Shown here: positions 1-9,244 of the stretch, in pieces
How the letters are laid out: every line of letters starts with the position of its first letter
How positions within the stretch are numbered: the first letter of the stretch is position 1
NCBI GenBank assembly: GCA_945915065.1
Contig: CAMEER010000004.1
Coordinates: forward strand, 5,360 to 69,359
Origin: an uncultured Clostridia bacterium
GTDB lineage: Bacteria; Bacillota; Clostridia; Oscillospirales; Oscillospiraceae
DNA: 64,000 nt
Direction: 5' to 3'
Program-made: the position numbers and the translations under genes
The notes under the pieces: model-generated
Told to the model about the DNA's origin: nothing
Databases searched by the model: none
Seen by the model: only the letters and a program-made list of their open reading frames with translations

Positions 1-338
1 TGACAGTGGGCGGGGACGCTGGAGGTCAGCACCGCCATCCGCTCTCCGGCGGCCTTGCACCGCTCCAGATAGGCCACAACGCCGGGCTTTACCGGTACGC
101 TGGTGGTGTAGAGATCGCCGGCCATCTCCATCCACTCCGCCATGATCTCGTCGGTGGATTCGGAGAGGCGGCAATATGCCTTGGTAAATTTTGCCGCCTT
201 GGGAAAGACGGTGTGGGCCACGCCCTCGTAATATTCCCGGGTGTAGGGCAGGCCCCGCTTGGCCAGAAATGCCGTGTCCACGTCACGCCAGATACCGTTG
301 GAGTCAATGAGGGTGCCGTCCATGTCAAAAATCAGCAT
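1..338 (-). CDS. HAD-family phosphatase (partial, runs off left edge)
   Basis: Manual translation from ATG 338: MLIFDMDGTLIDSNGIW...KPGVVAYL...VLTSS (HAD motif I DxDGT, motif II); open to window edge; overlaps end of upstream glycosylase; not in ORF track. Confidence 0.85.
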   Translation of the reverse strand, partial: MLIFDMDGTLIDSNGIWRDVDTAFLAKRGLPYTREYYEGVAHTVFPKAAKFTKAYCRLSESTDEIMAEWMEMAGDLYTTSVPVKPGVVAYLERCKAAGERMAVLTSSVPAHC

Positions 339-973
339 AGGGGGTCTCCTTTACAGTCGATCCAGAAGCGCCATGGAAAGTCCACAGCCTCCTGCGCGTA
401 GTCGATACCGATGCGCTTGCCGGTATGCAGGGGGAAGGTTTGGGGCGGTTCATCGGGCAGCCCCACATCGGACAGTGCGGTACACAGAAACAGCTCATCC
501 CCAGTGAGATCAATGCCGTTCTGACGGCGGTCCAGTCCTAATGCCTGACAGCACTTGCCGGGGCCGTTGAGGAAGTTCTTCCGCTGGTAGGCGGTCAGCT
601 CCGCAGGCGCTTTCCCGTATCGCAGGCGGCACAGGGTATCCGTTCCGTACACCGGGGCGAGACCCCGCAGCAGTACGGCGGAGGGTTCGCCCTCCGGCTC
701 GGTGACGAAGTTGAGACAGCAGTGCATCCCGTAGATGAGATAGATGTAGGCGTGACCCGGCGGGCCGAACATGGTGGCGTTACGGGCCGTCCTGTGATAG
801 CCGTAGGCATGGGCGGCTTTGTCGATGGCGCCTACATAGGCCTCTGTCTCCGTGATGCGGCAGACCATCAGCTGTCCGTCATAACGTCGTGCCAGATAGC
901 AGCCCGGCAGGGCTCGGGCGATCTCAACCGTATTTCCCGCATAAAACTCCCGAGAAAGTATTGCCATTTTCAT
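332..973 (-). CDS. DNA-3-methyladenine glycosylase (MPG/AAG family)
   Basis: RITETEAYVG, YIYLIYGMH, GPGKCCQALG, RIGI, PWRF motifs; start may be 967. Confidence 0.92.
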   Translation of the reverse strand: MKMAILSREFYAGNTVEIARALPGCYLARRYDGQLMVCRITETEAYVGAIDKAAHAYGYHRTARNATMFGPPGHAYIYLIYGMHCCLNFVTEPEGEPSAVLLRGLAPVYGTDTLCRLRYGKAPAELTAYQRKNFLNGPGKCCQALGLDRRQNGIDLTGDELFLCTALSDVGLPDEPPQTFPLHTGKRIGIDYAQEAVDFPWRFWIDCKGDPLC

Positions 974-1057
974 CCTCCGGTGGTATGCTAATCAAAGTCT
1001 TTTTCCCATTCTACCATTTATGACAAGAAAAAACAAGAAGAAGGAAGTGTTGCTGCA

Positions 1058-1945
1058 ATGCCTGTCTATCATTACAAAAAGGGCCTGACTGCCATGCTGG
1101 GGTGTTTCCTGATCTGGGGGTTCCAGCCGTTGTACTGGCATCTGTGCGGCGACATGGATACCTTCTTCCTGATGGCCAGCCGCATCATCTGGGCGGCGGT
1201 GTGCTGTGTGCTGATCCTGAAGGTGCAGGGCAAGCTGCCCCAACTGTGGGCCGCTTTCCGGGATAAGCAGGTGATGAAGCGGGAGATCCCCGCGGCCCTG
1301 TTCCTGTTCGGAGACTGGATCGTGTACCTGTGGGCGGTACAGAACGGTCGGGTGCTGGAGTGCTCGCTGGGCTATTACATCCAGCCGCTGGTGGTGTTCG
1401 CTTTCGGCGCGCTGGTGTTCAAGGAGAAGATATCCTGGCGGCACTTTGTGATCATCGCCATCGTGGTGGTGGGTATCGTGCTGAGCACCAACGGCTTCGG
1501 CGGCGTGCCCTATGTGACCATCTCGCTGGCCCTGATGTTTGCCATCTACGCCGCCATCAAAAAGAGCCTGACTATTGATTCCATCGTCAGCACCACCATG
1601 GAGATCATCATGATGGTGCCGGTGGCGCTGCTGTTCGTGCTGTTCTTCCGCATGGGGGACAACGGTATGGCCAGCCTGACGGTGGTGCGCCAGCTGCTGC
1701 TGATAGGCTCCGGCGTTGTGACCGCCGTGCCCATGCTGTTCTACGCCATCGGCGTGCGGAACCTGCCGCTGATGACCACCGGCATCTGCCAGTACCTCAG
1801 CCCGACCATTGCCATTTTCTGCGGCATGATCATGGGCGAGAGCCTGACGAAAGAAAAGCTCATCAGCTTCTGCTTTATCTGGGCCGGCGTGATCCTGTAT
1901 ACGCTCAACAGTGTGTATGAGGAGAAGAAGCGCAAGGCCGTATAA
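1058..1945 (+). CDS. RarD-like EamA/DMT transporter
   Basis: Polytopic hydrophobic protein; SLGYYIQPL and QYLSPT motifs typical of RarD. Confidence 0.85.
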   Translation: MPVYHYKKGLTAMLGCFLIWGFQPLYWHLCGDMDTFFLMASRIIWAAVCCVLILKVQGKLPQLWAAFRDKQVMKREIPAALFLFGDWIVYLWAVQNGRVLECSLGYYIQPLVVFAFGALVFKEKISWRHFVIIAIVVVGIVLSTNGFGGVPYVTISLALMFAIYAAIKKSLTIDSIVSTTMEIIMMVPVALLFVLFFRMGDNGMASLTVVRQLLLIGSGVVTAVPMLFYAIGVRNLPLMTTGICQYLSPTIAIFCGMIMGESLTKEKLISFCFIWAGVILYTLNSVYEEKKRKAV

Positions 1946-1957
1946 ACGCTGCAGACG

Positions 1958-2001
1958 AAAAAGAACCCCGCCACAACCAATTTGGTCGCGGCGGGGTTTT
2001 T
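1958..2001. terminator. Bidirectional intrinsic terminator
   Basis: AACCCCGCC...GGCGGGGTT stem with A/T tails between convergent genes. Confidence 0.8.
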
Positions 2002-2019
2002 CGTTGCAATGGAGTGGGA

Positions 2020-2361
2020 TCAGCCCGGAGGCCACGTCATGTCACGGCCGGACAGCACATGGAAATGCAGGTGCTTGACAGTCTGGCCGGCCTGGTCGCC
2101 GCAGTTGTTGACGATGCGGTAGCTCTCTGCGCCCATCTCTCGGCACAGCTTGGCGATGACGGTGAAGCAGTGGGCCACCACAGCCTCGTTGCTCTCGTCG
2201 ATTTTGGCGGCGCAGCAGATATGCTCCTTGGGCACCACCAGGAAATGCACGGGAGCCTGCGGCTCGATGTCATAAAAGGCGTAGCACAGCTCGTCCTCGT
2301 ACAGCTTCTTGCTGGGGATCTCCCCGTCAATGATGGCGCAGAACAGGCAGTCATTCTTCAT
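2020..2361 (-). CDS. Histidine triad (Hint) nucleotide-binding protein
   Basis: DCLFC N-terminus, GQTVKHLHFH HIT motif, WPPG C-terminus. Confidence 0.95.
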   Translation of the reverse strand: MKNDCLFCAIIDGEIPSKKLYEDELCYAFYDIEPQAPVHFLVVPKEHICCAAKIDESNEAVVAHCFTVIAKLCREMGAESYRIVNNCGDQAGQTVKHLHFHVLSGRDMTWPPG

Positions 2362-2407
2362 GGGTTCGTCTCCTTTCAGTGAAATGTTATAGGGCGTGGG
2401 GAACGGC

Positions 2408-5089
2408 TTACTTCAGCCGCTCCGACACAAAATCGTCCACAATGGCCAGCGCATCGTCCACCTTCAGAGGATCGGAGCCGCCGCCCATGGCGCTGTCGGG
2501 CTTGCCGCCGCCCTTACCGCCGCAGATGGCGGACACAGCTTTCACCAGATCGCCGGCCTTAATGCCGCGGGCCACGGCTTCCTTGCCGCAGACGGCCAGG
2601 AAGCTGACCTTATCTTCTCCGGTAATGCTGGCCAGCACCGCCACCACCGTGGGATCCTTATCCCGCAGGAAGTCACCCATGGTGCGCAGAGCGTTGACGT
2701 CCGCGTTCTGGCGGGTGCCGGTGATGATGTGCAGGCCGTTTACGATCTTGGCAGAGGCCATGATCTGACGGGCTTCGCCCAAAGAGGCTTCCGCCTTGAA
2801 CTTCTCCAGCGTATGGCGCAGCTCCTTCATCTCATTGGCCTGCTGCTCCATGCGCTCCAGAATGCTGCCGGGAGCGGTCTTGAAGAACTGGGCCGCCTTC
2901 AGCAGCGTATTGCGGCCGTGGCGGGCCTCGTCAATGGACACGCGGCCGGTGGTGGCCTCAATACGGCGGACGCCGGAGGCCACGCTGCTTTCGGACTTGA
3001 TGCGGAACAGGCCCGCCTTGGCGGTGTTGTTCAGGTGGGTGCCGCCGCACAGCTCCATGGAGAAGTCGCCCATGGACACTACCCGCACAGTGGCGCCGTA
3101 CTTCTCACCGAAGGTGGCCACCGCGCCCCGGGCCTTGGCCTCGTCCAGCGGCAGCTCCTCGGTGATGACGGCCAAACCGTCCAGAATAGCACTGTTGACC
3201 AGATCCTCCACCTCGTTCAGCTGCTGGGGGGTGATACCCTCAAAGTGGGTGAAGTCGAAACGCAGGCGGTCAGGCTCCACCAGAGAGCCGGCCTGATGGA
3301 CGTGGTCGCCCAGCACCTTCACCAGCGCGGCATCCAACAGGTGGGTGGCGCTGTGGGCGCGGCGGATGGCGGCGCGGCGGACGGTGTCGATGGAGGCGGC
3401 CACGGTATCGCCGACCTTCAAGGAGCCCTTCACCAGCTTGCCGTAGTGCATGAACTTGCCGCCCTTATTCTTCTGGACGTTGTCCACACGGAACAGCAGG
3501 GCGCATTGCTCGTCGGGATTTTCAATGCTGTCACTGTCGGTCAGACGGCCCTGATCGGCGACCTGACCGCCCATCTCCGCATAGAAGGGGGTCTGATCCA
3601 GCACCACGATGGCCTCCATGCCGCTGACGATCTCATCCACCAGCTGGTCGTCTGCCACGATAGCCAGCACCCTGGCGTCGTCGATGGCGTCGTAGTCATA
3701 GCCCACGAACTCGGTGGCGGGCATATCCTTGCCGAACTCCACGCCGGCCCAGCCCAGATCGCCCAGCGCCTTGCGGGCCTCACGGGCGCGCTCCTTCTGC
3801 TCGGTCATCAAACGGTGGAAGCTGTCCTCGTCAATGGTCATGCCCTCCTCGGCGGCCATTTCCGCCGTCAGGTCGATGGGGAAGCCGAAGGTGTCGTACA
3901 GCTTGAAAGCGTCCTCGCCGGAGAATACCGTCTCACCCTTGGCTTTATGGGCGGCCAGCATTTCGTCATAGATCTTCATGCCGCCGTCAATGGTGCGGGC
4001 GAAATTCTCCTCCTCGGTGCGGATGACCTTGGTGATATAGGTCTGCTTCTCCCGCAGGTCGGGGTACTGGCCCTCGTTTTCGTGAATGACCGTATCCACC
4101 ACGTTGTACAGGAACGGCTCGTTGACGCCCAGCAGCTTGCCGTGGCGGGCGGCACGGCGCAGCAGCCGCCGTAGCACATAGCCGCGGCCCTCATTGCTGG
4201 GCAGGATGCCGTCGCAGATCATAAAGGTGGCACTGCGGATATGGTCGGTGATCACGCGCAGGCTTACGTCACGCTTCTGGCTTTCACCGTAGTGGGCGCC
4301 GGTCAGCTCGCTGACCTTGTTGGTGATGTTCATGACCGTATCCACGTCGAACAGGCTGTTTACATTCTGGCACACGCAGGCCAGACGCTCCAGCCCCATA
4401 CCGGTGTCGATGTTCTTCTGCTTCAGTTCGGTGTAGTTGTTGTGGCCGTCGTTGTCGAATTGGCTGAACACGTTGTTCCACACCTCAATGTAGCGGTCAC
4501 AGTCGCAGCCGACGGTGCAGCCGGGCTTGCCGCAGCCGTACTCGGGGCCGCGGTCATAGTAGATCTCAGAGCAGGGGCCGCAGGGACCGGAGCCGTGCTC
4601 CCAGAAGTTGTCCTCCTTGCCGAAGCGGAAGATCCGCTCGGCGGGGATGCCGATCTCGTCATGCCAGATATTCCATGCCTCGTCATCGCTTTCGTAGACG
4701 GAGGGGTACAGGCGGTCAGCCTCCAGACCCACCCACTCGGGGCTGGTGAGGAACTCCCAGCTCCAGGCGATGGCTTCGTGCTTGAAATAGTCGCCGAAGG
4801 AGAAGTTGCCCAGCATCTCAAAGTAGGTGCCGTGGCGGGCGGTATGGCCCACGTTATCGATGTCGCCGGTGCGGATGCACTTCTGGCAGGTGCAGACACG
4901 CTTGCAGGGGGGCTCCTCCTCACCCTTGAACCAGGGCTTCATGGGGGTCATGCCGGCGTTGATCAGCAGGATGGACTTGTCATTCTGGGGCACCAGCGAA
5001 AAGCTGGGCAGGCGCAGATGGCCTTTCGTCTCGAAGAACTTCAGGAACATCTCACGCAGTTCGTTCAGACCGTGATAGGGATGGCTCAT
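2408..5089 (-). CDS. alaS: Alanine--tRNA ligase
   Basis: NAGM, RHGTYFEMLGNFSFGDYFK, GPCGPCSEI, editing HSATH/ELCGGTH, GKGGG; start at ATG 5089 after AAGGAG. Confidence 0.98.
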   Translation of the reverse strand: MSHPYHGLNELREMFLKFFETKGHLRLPSFSLVPQNDKSILLINAGMTPMKPWFKGEEEPPCKRVCTCQKCIRTGDIDNVGHTARHGTYFEMLGNFSFGDYFKHEAIAWSWEFLTSPEWVGLEADRLYPSVYESDDEAWNIWHDEIGIPAERIFRFGKEDNFWEHGSGPCGPCSEIYYDRGPEYGCGKPGCTVGCDCDRYIEVWNNVFSQFDNDGHNNYTELKQKNIDTGMGLERLACVCQNVNSLFDVDTVMNITNKVSELTGAHYGESQKRDVSLRVITDHIRSATFMICDGILPSNEGRGYVLRRLLRRAARHGKLLGVNEPFLYNVVDTVIHENEGQYPDLREKQTYITKVIRTEEENFARTIDGGMKIYDEMLAAHKAKGETVFSGEDAFKLYDTFGFPIDLTAEMAAEEGMTIDEDSFHRLMTEQKERAREARKALGDLGWAGVEFGKDMPATEFVGYDYDAIDDARVLAIVADDQLVDEIVSGMEAIVVLDQTPFYAEMGGQVADQGRLTDSDSIENPDEQCALLFRVDNVQKNKGGKFMHYGKLVKGSLKVGDTVAASIDTVRRAAIRRAHSATHLLDAALVKVLGDHVHQAGSLVEPDRLRFDFTHFEGITPQQLNEVEDLVNSAILDGLAVITEELPLDEAKARGAVATFGEKYGATVRVVSMGDFSMELCGGTHLNNTAKAGLFRIKSESSVASGVRRIEATTGRVSIDEARHGRNTLLKAAQFFKTAPGSILERMEQQANEMKELRHTLEKFKAEASLGEARQIMASAKIVNGLHIITGTRQNADVNALRTMGDFLRDKDPTVVAVLASITGEDKVSFLAVCGKEAVARGIKAGDLVKAVSAICGGKGGGKPDSAMGGGSDPLKVDDALAIVDDFVSERLK

Positions 5090-5130
5090 AGTTTTTGTCT
5101 CCTTTGTATGTTTAAATGATAATTTTTTGG

Positions 5131-5775
5131 TCAGGTTTTGCGCCATTGCGCCGTCAGCGCGGCCAGCTCCGTTTCCAGATTGGCGAAGAACCGGGAGATG
5201 TGCAGGCCGTCCGCCAGCGCATGGTTGACAAACAGGGATACCGGCAGCGTGGTGCGGCCGTTTGCGGTGACATATTTGCCCCAGCTGATGCGGGGATTGC
5301 TGTCGTCAGGGCTTTCCGCCGGATGCTGTAATTGGGAATAGTGCAGCCACGGGAGGCTGGACACAAACAGAAAGCTGCGGACGTCGCCGTCCTCCGTCAG
5401 CGTGCCCCGCTCCAGCACCTCGCGCTGCCGGCGGCGGCCCAGCGCGACGAAATCGTCATAGGGCAGGTCACCCTCCACCGTGCAGTAGACGTACACGCCG
5501 TCAGGCTTCATGGCAGTGTAGGACGGCGGGCACCAGTCGAACTCCGCCACCGTGCCGTCCCCCAAAATGCGGCGGCGCAGCTGGGGCACGGCGTTGGCGG
5601 CACGCACTACCGCATAGAGAAAGCTGAGAAAGAAAGGGCGCTGTCCTCTGTGCGCCATGAAATCCGTGATATCGATCTCCGCCGTAATGCCGGCAAAGGG
5701 GAATGTCATCTGCCGGAAATAGGCAAACTGTCCGCAGCGGGGATCGGAAGCCATGTCGATGATCCGGTAACTCAT
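5131..5775 (-). CDS. CatA-like (chloramphenicol acetyltransferase fold) O-acetyltransferase
   Basis: SSLPW, PRISWGKY, LPVSLFVNHALADGLH (HxxxDG); ATG 5775 with GGAGG RBS. Confidence 0.85.
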   Translation of the reverse strand: MSYRIIDMASDPRCGQFAYFRQMTFPFAGITAEIDITDFMAHRGQRPFFLSFLYAVVRAANAVPQLRRRILGDGTVAEFDWCPPSYTAMKPDGVYVYCTVEGDLPYDDFVALGRRRQREVLERGTLTEDGDVRSFLFVSSLPWLHYSQLQHPAESPDDSNPRISWGKYVTANGRTTLPVSLFVNHALADGLHISRFFANLETELAALTAQWRKT

Positions 5776-5786
5776 GTCTCGCCTCC

Positions 5787-6012
5787 CAAAAACAAAAACG
5801 CTCCGCCCCACATAGGGGCGAAGCGATGCTTCACGGTACCACCCTAATTTGACGGAACGGGCCGTCATCTCAAGTCGCCCGGTAACGGGGGCGGAACGTG
5901 CGGCTCATCGCCGCAGGCTCGGAAGTGGCTGTCCTGCCTGCCGTTCCCGAAGGGCTTGCACCGTACCCCTTCTCGCTTTGGGTGGCTGCGGCGGACTCGT
6001 TTCCTCATCGCC
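5787..6012 (-). ncRNA. T-box riboswitch, probable Ala (GCC) specifier
   Basis: Minus strand AATTAGGGTGGTACCGTG T-box (5832-5849); stem I GAGGAA...TTCC with GCC at 5927-5929; terminator GCTTCGCCCC...GGGGCGGAGC plus U-tract. Confidence 0.92.
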
Positions 6013-6030
6013 ATATGTTATGATGCCATT

Positions 6031-6058
6031 ATTTTACCACATCTTTCGGCATTGTCAA
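6031..6058 (-). promoter_or_regulatory. SigA promoter for the T-box leader
   Basis: TTGACA (6053-6058), 16 nt, TAAAAT (6031-6036) on minus strand. Confidence 0.7.
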
Positions 6059-6153
6059 CGGTATTTTTTGCGCTTTTTCGTCGTTTTCACCATTGCCGCC
6101 GCCGGAAAGTATGATATACTGATGTGTAACCTTGCGCGGGAGGATCTTCTTGT

Positions 6154-6834
6154 ATGCCCCTTTATCGAAATCAGTATATCGATTGGTACCGTCATCTGGC
6201 GTTTGCCTGTGTGGGCGGATTTTTCGGCGCATATGCCATTTTGTGCCGCGGCGGCGTCATGGGCAACGCCCAGACCATGAACCTGCTGGAGATGATCATC
6301 GATGCACTCTATGGCCGGGGCTTCAACGTGCTGGCGCATCTGGGAGCTTTTGCGGTCTATGTGACCGGCACCATGCTGACGGTACTGCTGCCCGCCCTGT
6401 GGGGCGTCAACATGCGGCGCTTATCGCCCGTCATTACCGCCGCCGCGGCGGTGACGGAGTGCTTTTTGCCGGCGGATATGGCAGTGGTGGTGGCGCTGTA
6501 TCCCATCTTTTTTGCCATGAGCATCCAGTGGAGCAGCTTTCAGGGCGCACGGAATTTTTACAGCTCCACCATCTTTTCCACCAATAACACCAAGCAGGCA
6601 TCCCTGGCGCTGGCAGAGTATCTGTGCACCAAGGACGGAAAGCAGCTGCGGCGGATGGGCTTCTTCCTCTCCACGCTGCTGTGCTTTCATATCGGCGCGG
6701 CCATTGGGGTGGGCGCTGCCCACTTCTGGGGCGTCCGCGGGGCGCTGTGGTCTTTGCCGCTGATCGCGTGGGCCTTTTTCCTGGTCACGCAGGAGGAGAA
6801 GGCGGAGACCATGCAGGCCGTTGTCACGGAATGA
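6154..6834 (+). CDS. YoaK/DUF1275 family membrane protein
   Basis: GGFFGAYA, GNAQTMN, STIFSTNN patterns; multiple TM segments. Confidence 0.75.
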   Translation: MPLYRNQYIDWYRHLAFACVGGFFGAYAILCRGGVMGNAQTMNLLEMIIDALYGRGFNVLAHLGAFAVYVTGTMLTVLLPALWGVNMRRLSPVITAAAAVTECFLPADMAVVVALYPIFFAMSIQWSSFQGARNFYSSTIFSTNNTKQASLALAEYLCTKDGKQLRRMGFFLSTLLCFHIGAAIGVGAAHFWGVRGALWSLPLIAWAFFLVTQEEKAETMQAVVTE

Positions 6835-6863
6835 CGGTATCGGATAAAAAGGAGGATATCACC

Positions 6864-8132
6864 ATGAATCAGGCATTGTTTTCCTATATTGCGGCCTGTC
6901 CCACGGCGTTTCAGGCGACAGCCCATACGGCGGCATTGCTGGAGGCGGAGGGCTACCGTCCCCTGCGGGAGACGGAGGAGTGGATGCTGGAGCCGGGCGG
7001 ACGGTACTATGTGACGCGCAACGGCTCATCGCTGATCGCGTTCCGCCTGCCGAAAGGGCGGCCTGCCGGGTTTATGATGACCGCCGCCCACAGTGACAGT
7101 CCCACGTTCAAGATCAAGGAAAACGCGGAGCTGGCAGGGGAGTATGAGACACAGCTGAGCGTGGAGGGTTACGGCGGGATGCTGTGCGCCAGCTGGATGG
7201 ACCGTCCCCTCAGCGTGGCGGGCCGCGCCATGGTGCGGACGGAGAACGGCGTTGCCATGCGCCTGATCGATCTGCGTGACAATCTGGCGCTGATCCCCAA
7301 CGTGGCCATCCACATGAACCGGGAGGCCAATAACGGCACCAAGTACAATTTCGCCGTGGACATGCAGCCGCTGTACGGCGAAAAGGGCGGTTTCCGCCGC
7401 CGTATCGCCGAAGCTGCCGGGGTGGCGGAAGAGGATCTGCTGACCCACGACCTGTTTTTGTATAACCCCCAGCCGGGTCTGGAATGGGGCGGCTATATCT
7501 CCGCGCCTCGGTTGGATGACCTGCAGTGTGCGTTTGCGTCCTTACAGGGGTTTCTGACGGCGGGAGAGAGCCAGAGCGCCGCGGTATACTGTCTGTTTGA
7601 CAATGAGGAGGTGGGCAGCCAGACCAAGCAGGGAGCGGCCTCCACCTTCCTGCGGGAGACGCTGGAGCGCATCTGCGACGCGCTGGGTCTGACGCTGCGC
7701 ACCATGGCGGCAGGCAGCTTCCTCCTGTCCTGCGACAACGCCCACGCGGTGCATCCCAATCACCCGGAATATGCCGACAAAAACCATGCCGTGCGGATGA
7801 ACGGCGGCGTGGTGATCAAATACAATGCCAGCCAGCGCTATGCCACCGACGCGGTGTCGGCGGCGCTGTTCCAGACGGTATGTGAGGAGGCGGGCGTACC
7901 CTTCCAGCGGTATGCCAACCGGCCGGATATGGTTGGCGGCTCCACACTGGGCAGCATCGCCAACACGCAGGTATCCCTGAACATGGCGGACATCGGGTTG
8001 GCCCAGCTGGCCATGCACTCCGCCTTCGAAACGGCGGGTGGGGCGGATACGGCGTACATGGTGCAGGCGCTGAAAACCTTTTTTGGCATGACGCTGCGCG
8101 CCGGTGGGGACGGAACCTACCAATTACGATAA
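6864..8132 (+). CDS. M18 family aminopeptidase
   Basis: AHSDSP, RLDDL, DNEEVGS, DNAHAVHPN, GGSTLG, LAMHS; GGAGG RBS before ATG 6864. Confidence 0.93.
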   Translation: MNQALFSYIAACPTAFQATAHTAALLEAEGYRPLRETEEWMLEPGGRYYVTRNGSSLIAFRLPKGRPAGFMMTAAHSDSPTFKIKENAELAGEYETQLSVEGYGGMLCASWMDRPLSVAGRAMVRTENGVAMRLIDLRDNLALIPNVAIHMNREANNGTKYNFAVDMQPLYGEKGGFRRRIAEAAGVAEEDLLTHDLFLYNPQPGLEWGGYISAPRLDDLQCAFASLQGFLTAGESQSAAVYCLFDNEEVGSQTKQGAASTFLRETLERICDALGLTLRTMAAGSFLLSCDNAHAVHPNHPEYADKNHAVRMNGGVVIKYNASQRYATDAVSAALFQTVCEEAGVPFQRYANRPDMVGGSTLGSIANTQVSLNMADIGLAQLAMHSAFETAGGADTAYMVQALKTFFGMTLRAGGDGTYQLR

Positions 8133-8161
8133 GTAGAAGCAGGAGATATCTCCTCGAATTG

Positions 8162-8190
8162 ACACCGGAAGGAGCCCTTCCGGTGTTTTT
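8162..8190 (+). terminator. Intrinsic terminator
   Basis: ACACCGGAAGG-AGC-CCTTCCGGTGT plus T-tract. Confidence 0.85.
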
Positions 8191-8277
8191 ATGTGTATTT
8201 GCGGCTGTCGGCCGTGGAGGGATACCCCTTCTGGTCGGGAAAGAAAAAAGCTGCCCTGAAAAATGCAAAATACCCTC

Positions 8278-8308
8278 TTGACACACAATACTATGTAATG
8301 TATAGTAT
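8278..8308 (+). promoter_or_regulatory. Promoter with palindromic operator (probable PadR autorepression site)
   Basis: TTGACA 8278, 17 nt, TATAGT 8301; perfect inverted repeat ATACTAT-N7-ATAGTAT (8288-8308) over the -10. Confidence 0.7.
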
Positions 8309-8330
8309 AATGCGAAAGGGGGCATTTAAT

Positions 8331-8648
8331 ATGCTTGACCCACAAATGAAGCGGGGGTTGCTGGAGGCCTGTGTGCTGTCCGCTCTGGCGCGGGAGGATT
8401 CCTATGGCTATAAGATCGTGAAGGATCTTTCCGTGTGCGTGCAGGTGTCGGAATCCACGCTGTATCCCATCCTACGGCGGCTGGAAAACGCCGGGGCGCT
8501 GACGGTGTACAGTGTGGAGCACAACAGCCGCTTGCGGAAGTTCTATCACCTGACCGAGCAGGGACGGCAGCAGCTGGCCGACGCGGTGCGGGACTGGAAA
8601 GAACTGGAATCTATGTATGATTTTATCAGAGGAGGGCTGCGGTCATGA
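8331..8648 (+). CDS. PadR family transcriptional regulator
   Basis: DSYGYKI, ESTLYPILRRLE, RKFYHLTEQG. Confidence 0.93.
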   Translation: MLDPQMKRGLLEACVLSALAREDSYGYKIVKDLSVCVQVSESTLYPILRRLENAGALTVYSVEHNSRLRKFYHLTEQGRQQLADAVRDWKELESMYDFIRGGLRS

Positions 8649-9244
8649 CCAAGGCTGATTTTTTACAATTGCTGGAGCGGGCGCTTTCGCAGCTTTCCGA
8701 AGAGGAGCGCCGTGCCAATCTGGAGTATTACAGCGAGCTGCTGGACGATATGCTGGAGGAGGGAATGACCGAGGCGGAGGCTACCGCCAAGCTGGGCAGC
8801 CCCGCCGCCATCGCGGAGAGCATTCTGCAGGAGATGCCGCTGTCCAAGCTGGTCAGCACCCGGATGAAACCCAAAAGCGGCTGGACGCCGCTGGCCATCA
8901 TACTGGCGGTGGTGGGCAGCCCTGTCTGGGTGCCGCTGCTGCTGGCTGGCGTGGCGGTGGTGGCGGCGCTGTTCGTGTCCATCTGGGCACTGGCGGCGGT
9001 GGCGGTGGTGGTGGTGCTGGCATTGGCGCTGGCGGTGATCGCCGCGCCTGTCCTTGCCGTCCGTGCCGCTGTGCTGACGCTGCCGCTGGGTCTGCTGCTG
9101 CTGGGCAGTGGACTGGTACTGCTGGGATTGTGCGTGCTGGGCGGCCTGATGGCGGTGGAGCTGTGCAAGCTGCTGGCTCAGTTGACGGTACTGCTGGCCC
9201 GTAAGATCAAGGGGCTGTTTATCCGGAAGGAGGAGAAGCTATGA
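8645..9244 (+). CDS. DUF1700 family membrane protein
   Basis: MTKADFL...YYSE...LGSP N-domain followed by long hydrophobic hairpin; usual partner of PadR. Confidence 0.85.
   Translation: MTKADFLQLLERALSQLSEEERRANLEYYSELLDDMLEEGMTEAEATAKLGSPAAIAESILQEMPLSKLVSTRMKPKSGWTPLAIILAVVGSPVWVPLLLAGVAVVAALFVSIWALAAVAVVVVLALALAVIAAPVLAVRAAVLTLPLGLLLLGSGLVLLGLCVLGGLMAVELCKLLAQLTVLLARKIKGLFIRKEEKL

Noticed and set aside
2396-4174. Long antisense ORFs (also 11271-13007, 23428-25227, 51974-54331, 58589-60505)
   Set aside because: Shadows of GC-biased codon usage opposite well-supported genes; no motifs or RBS.
5131-5775. Calling this a chloramphenicol resistance gene (catA)
   Set aside because: Fold motif only; no mobile context or inducible leader seen, and activity cannot be inferred.
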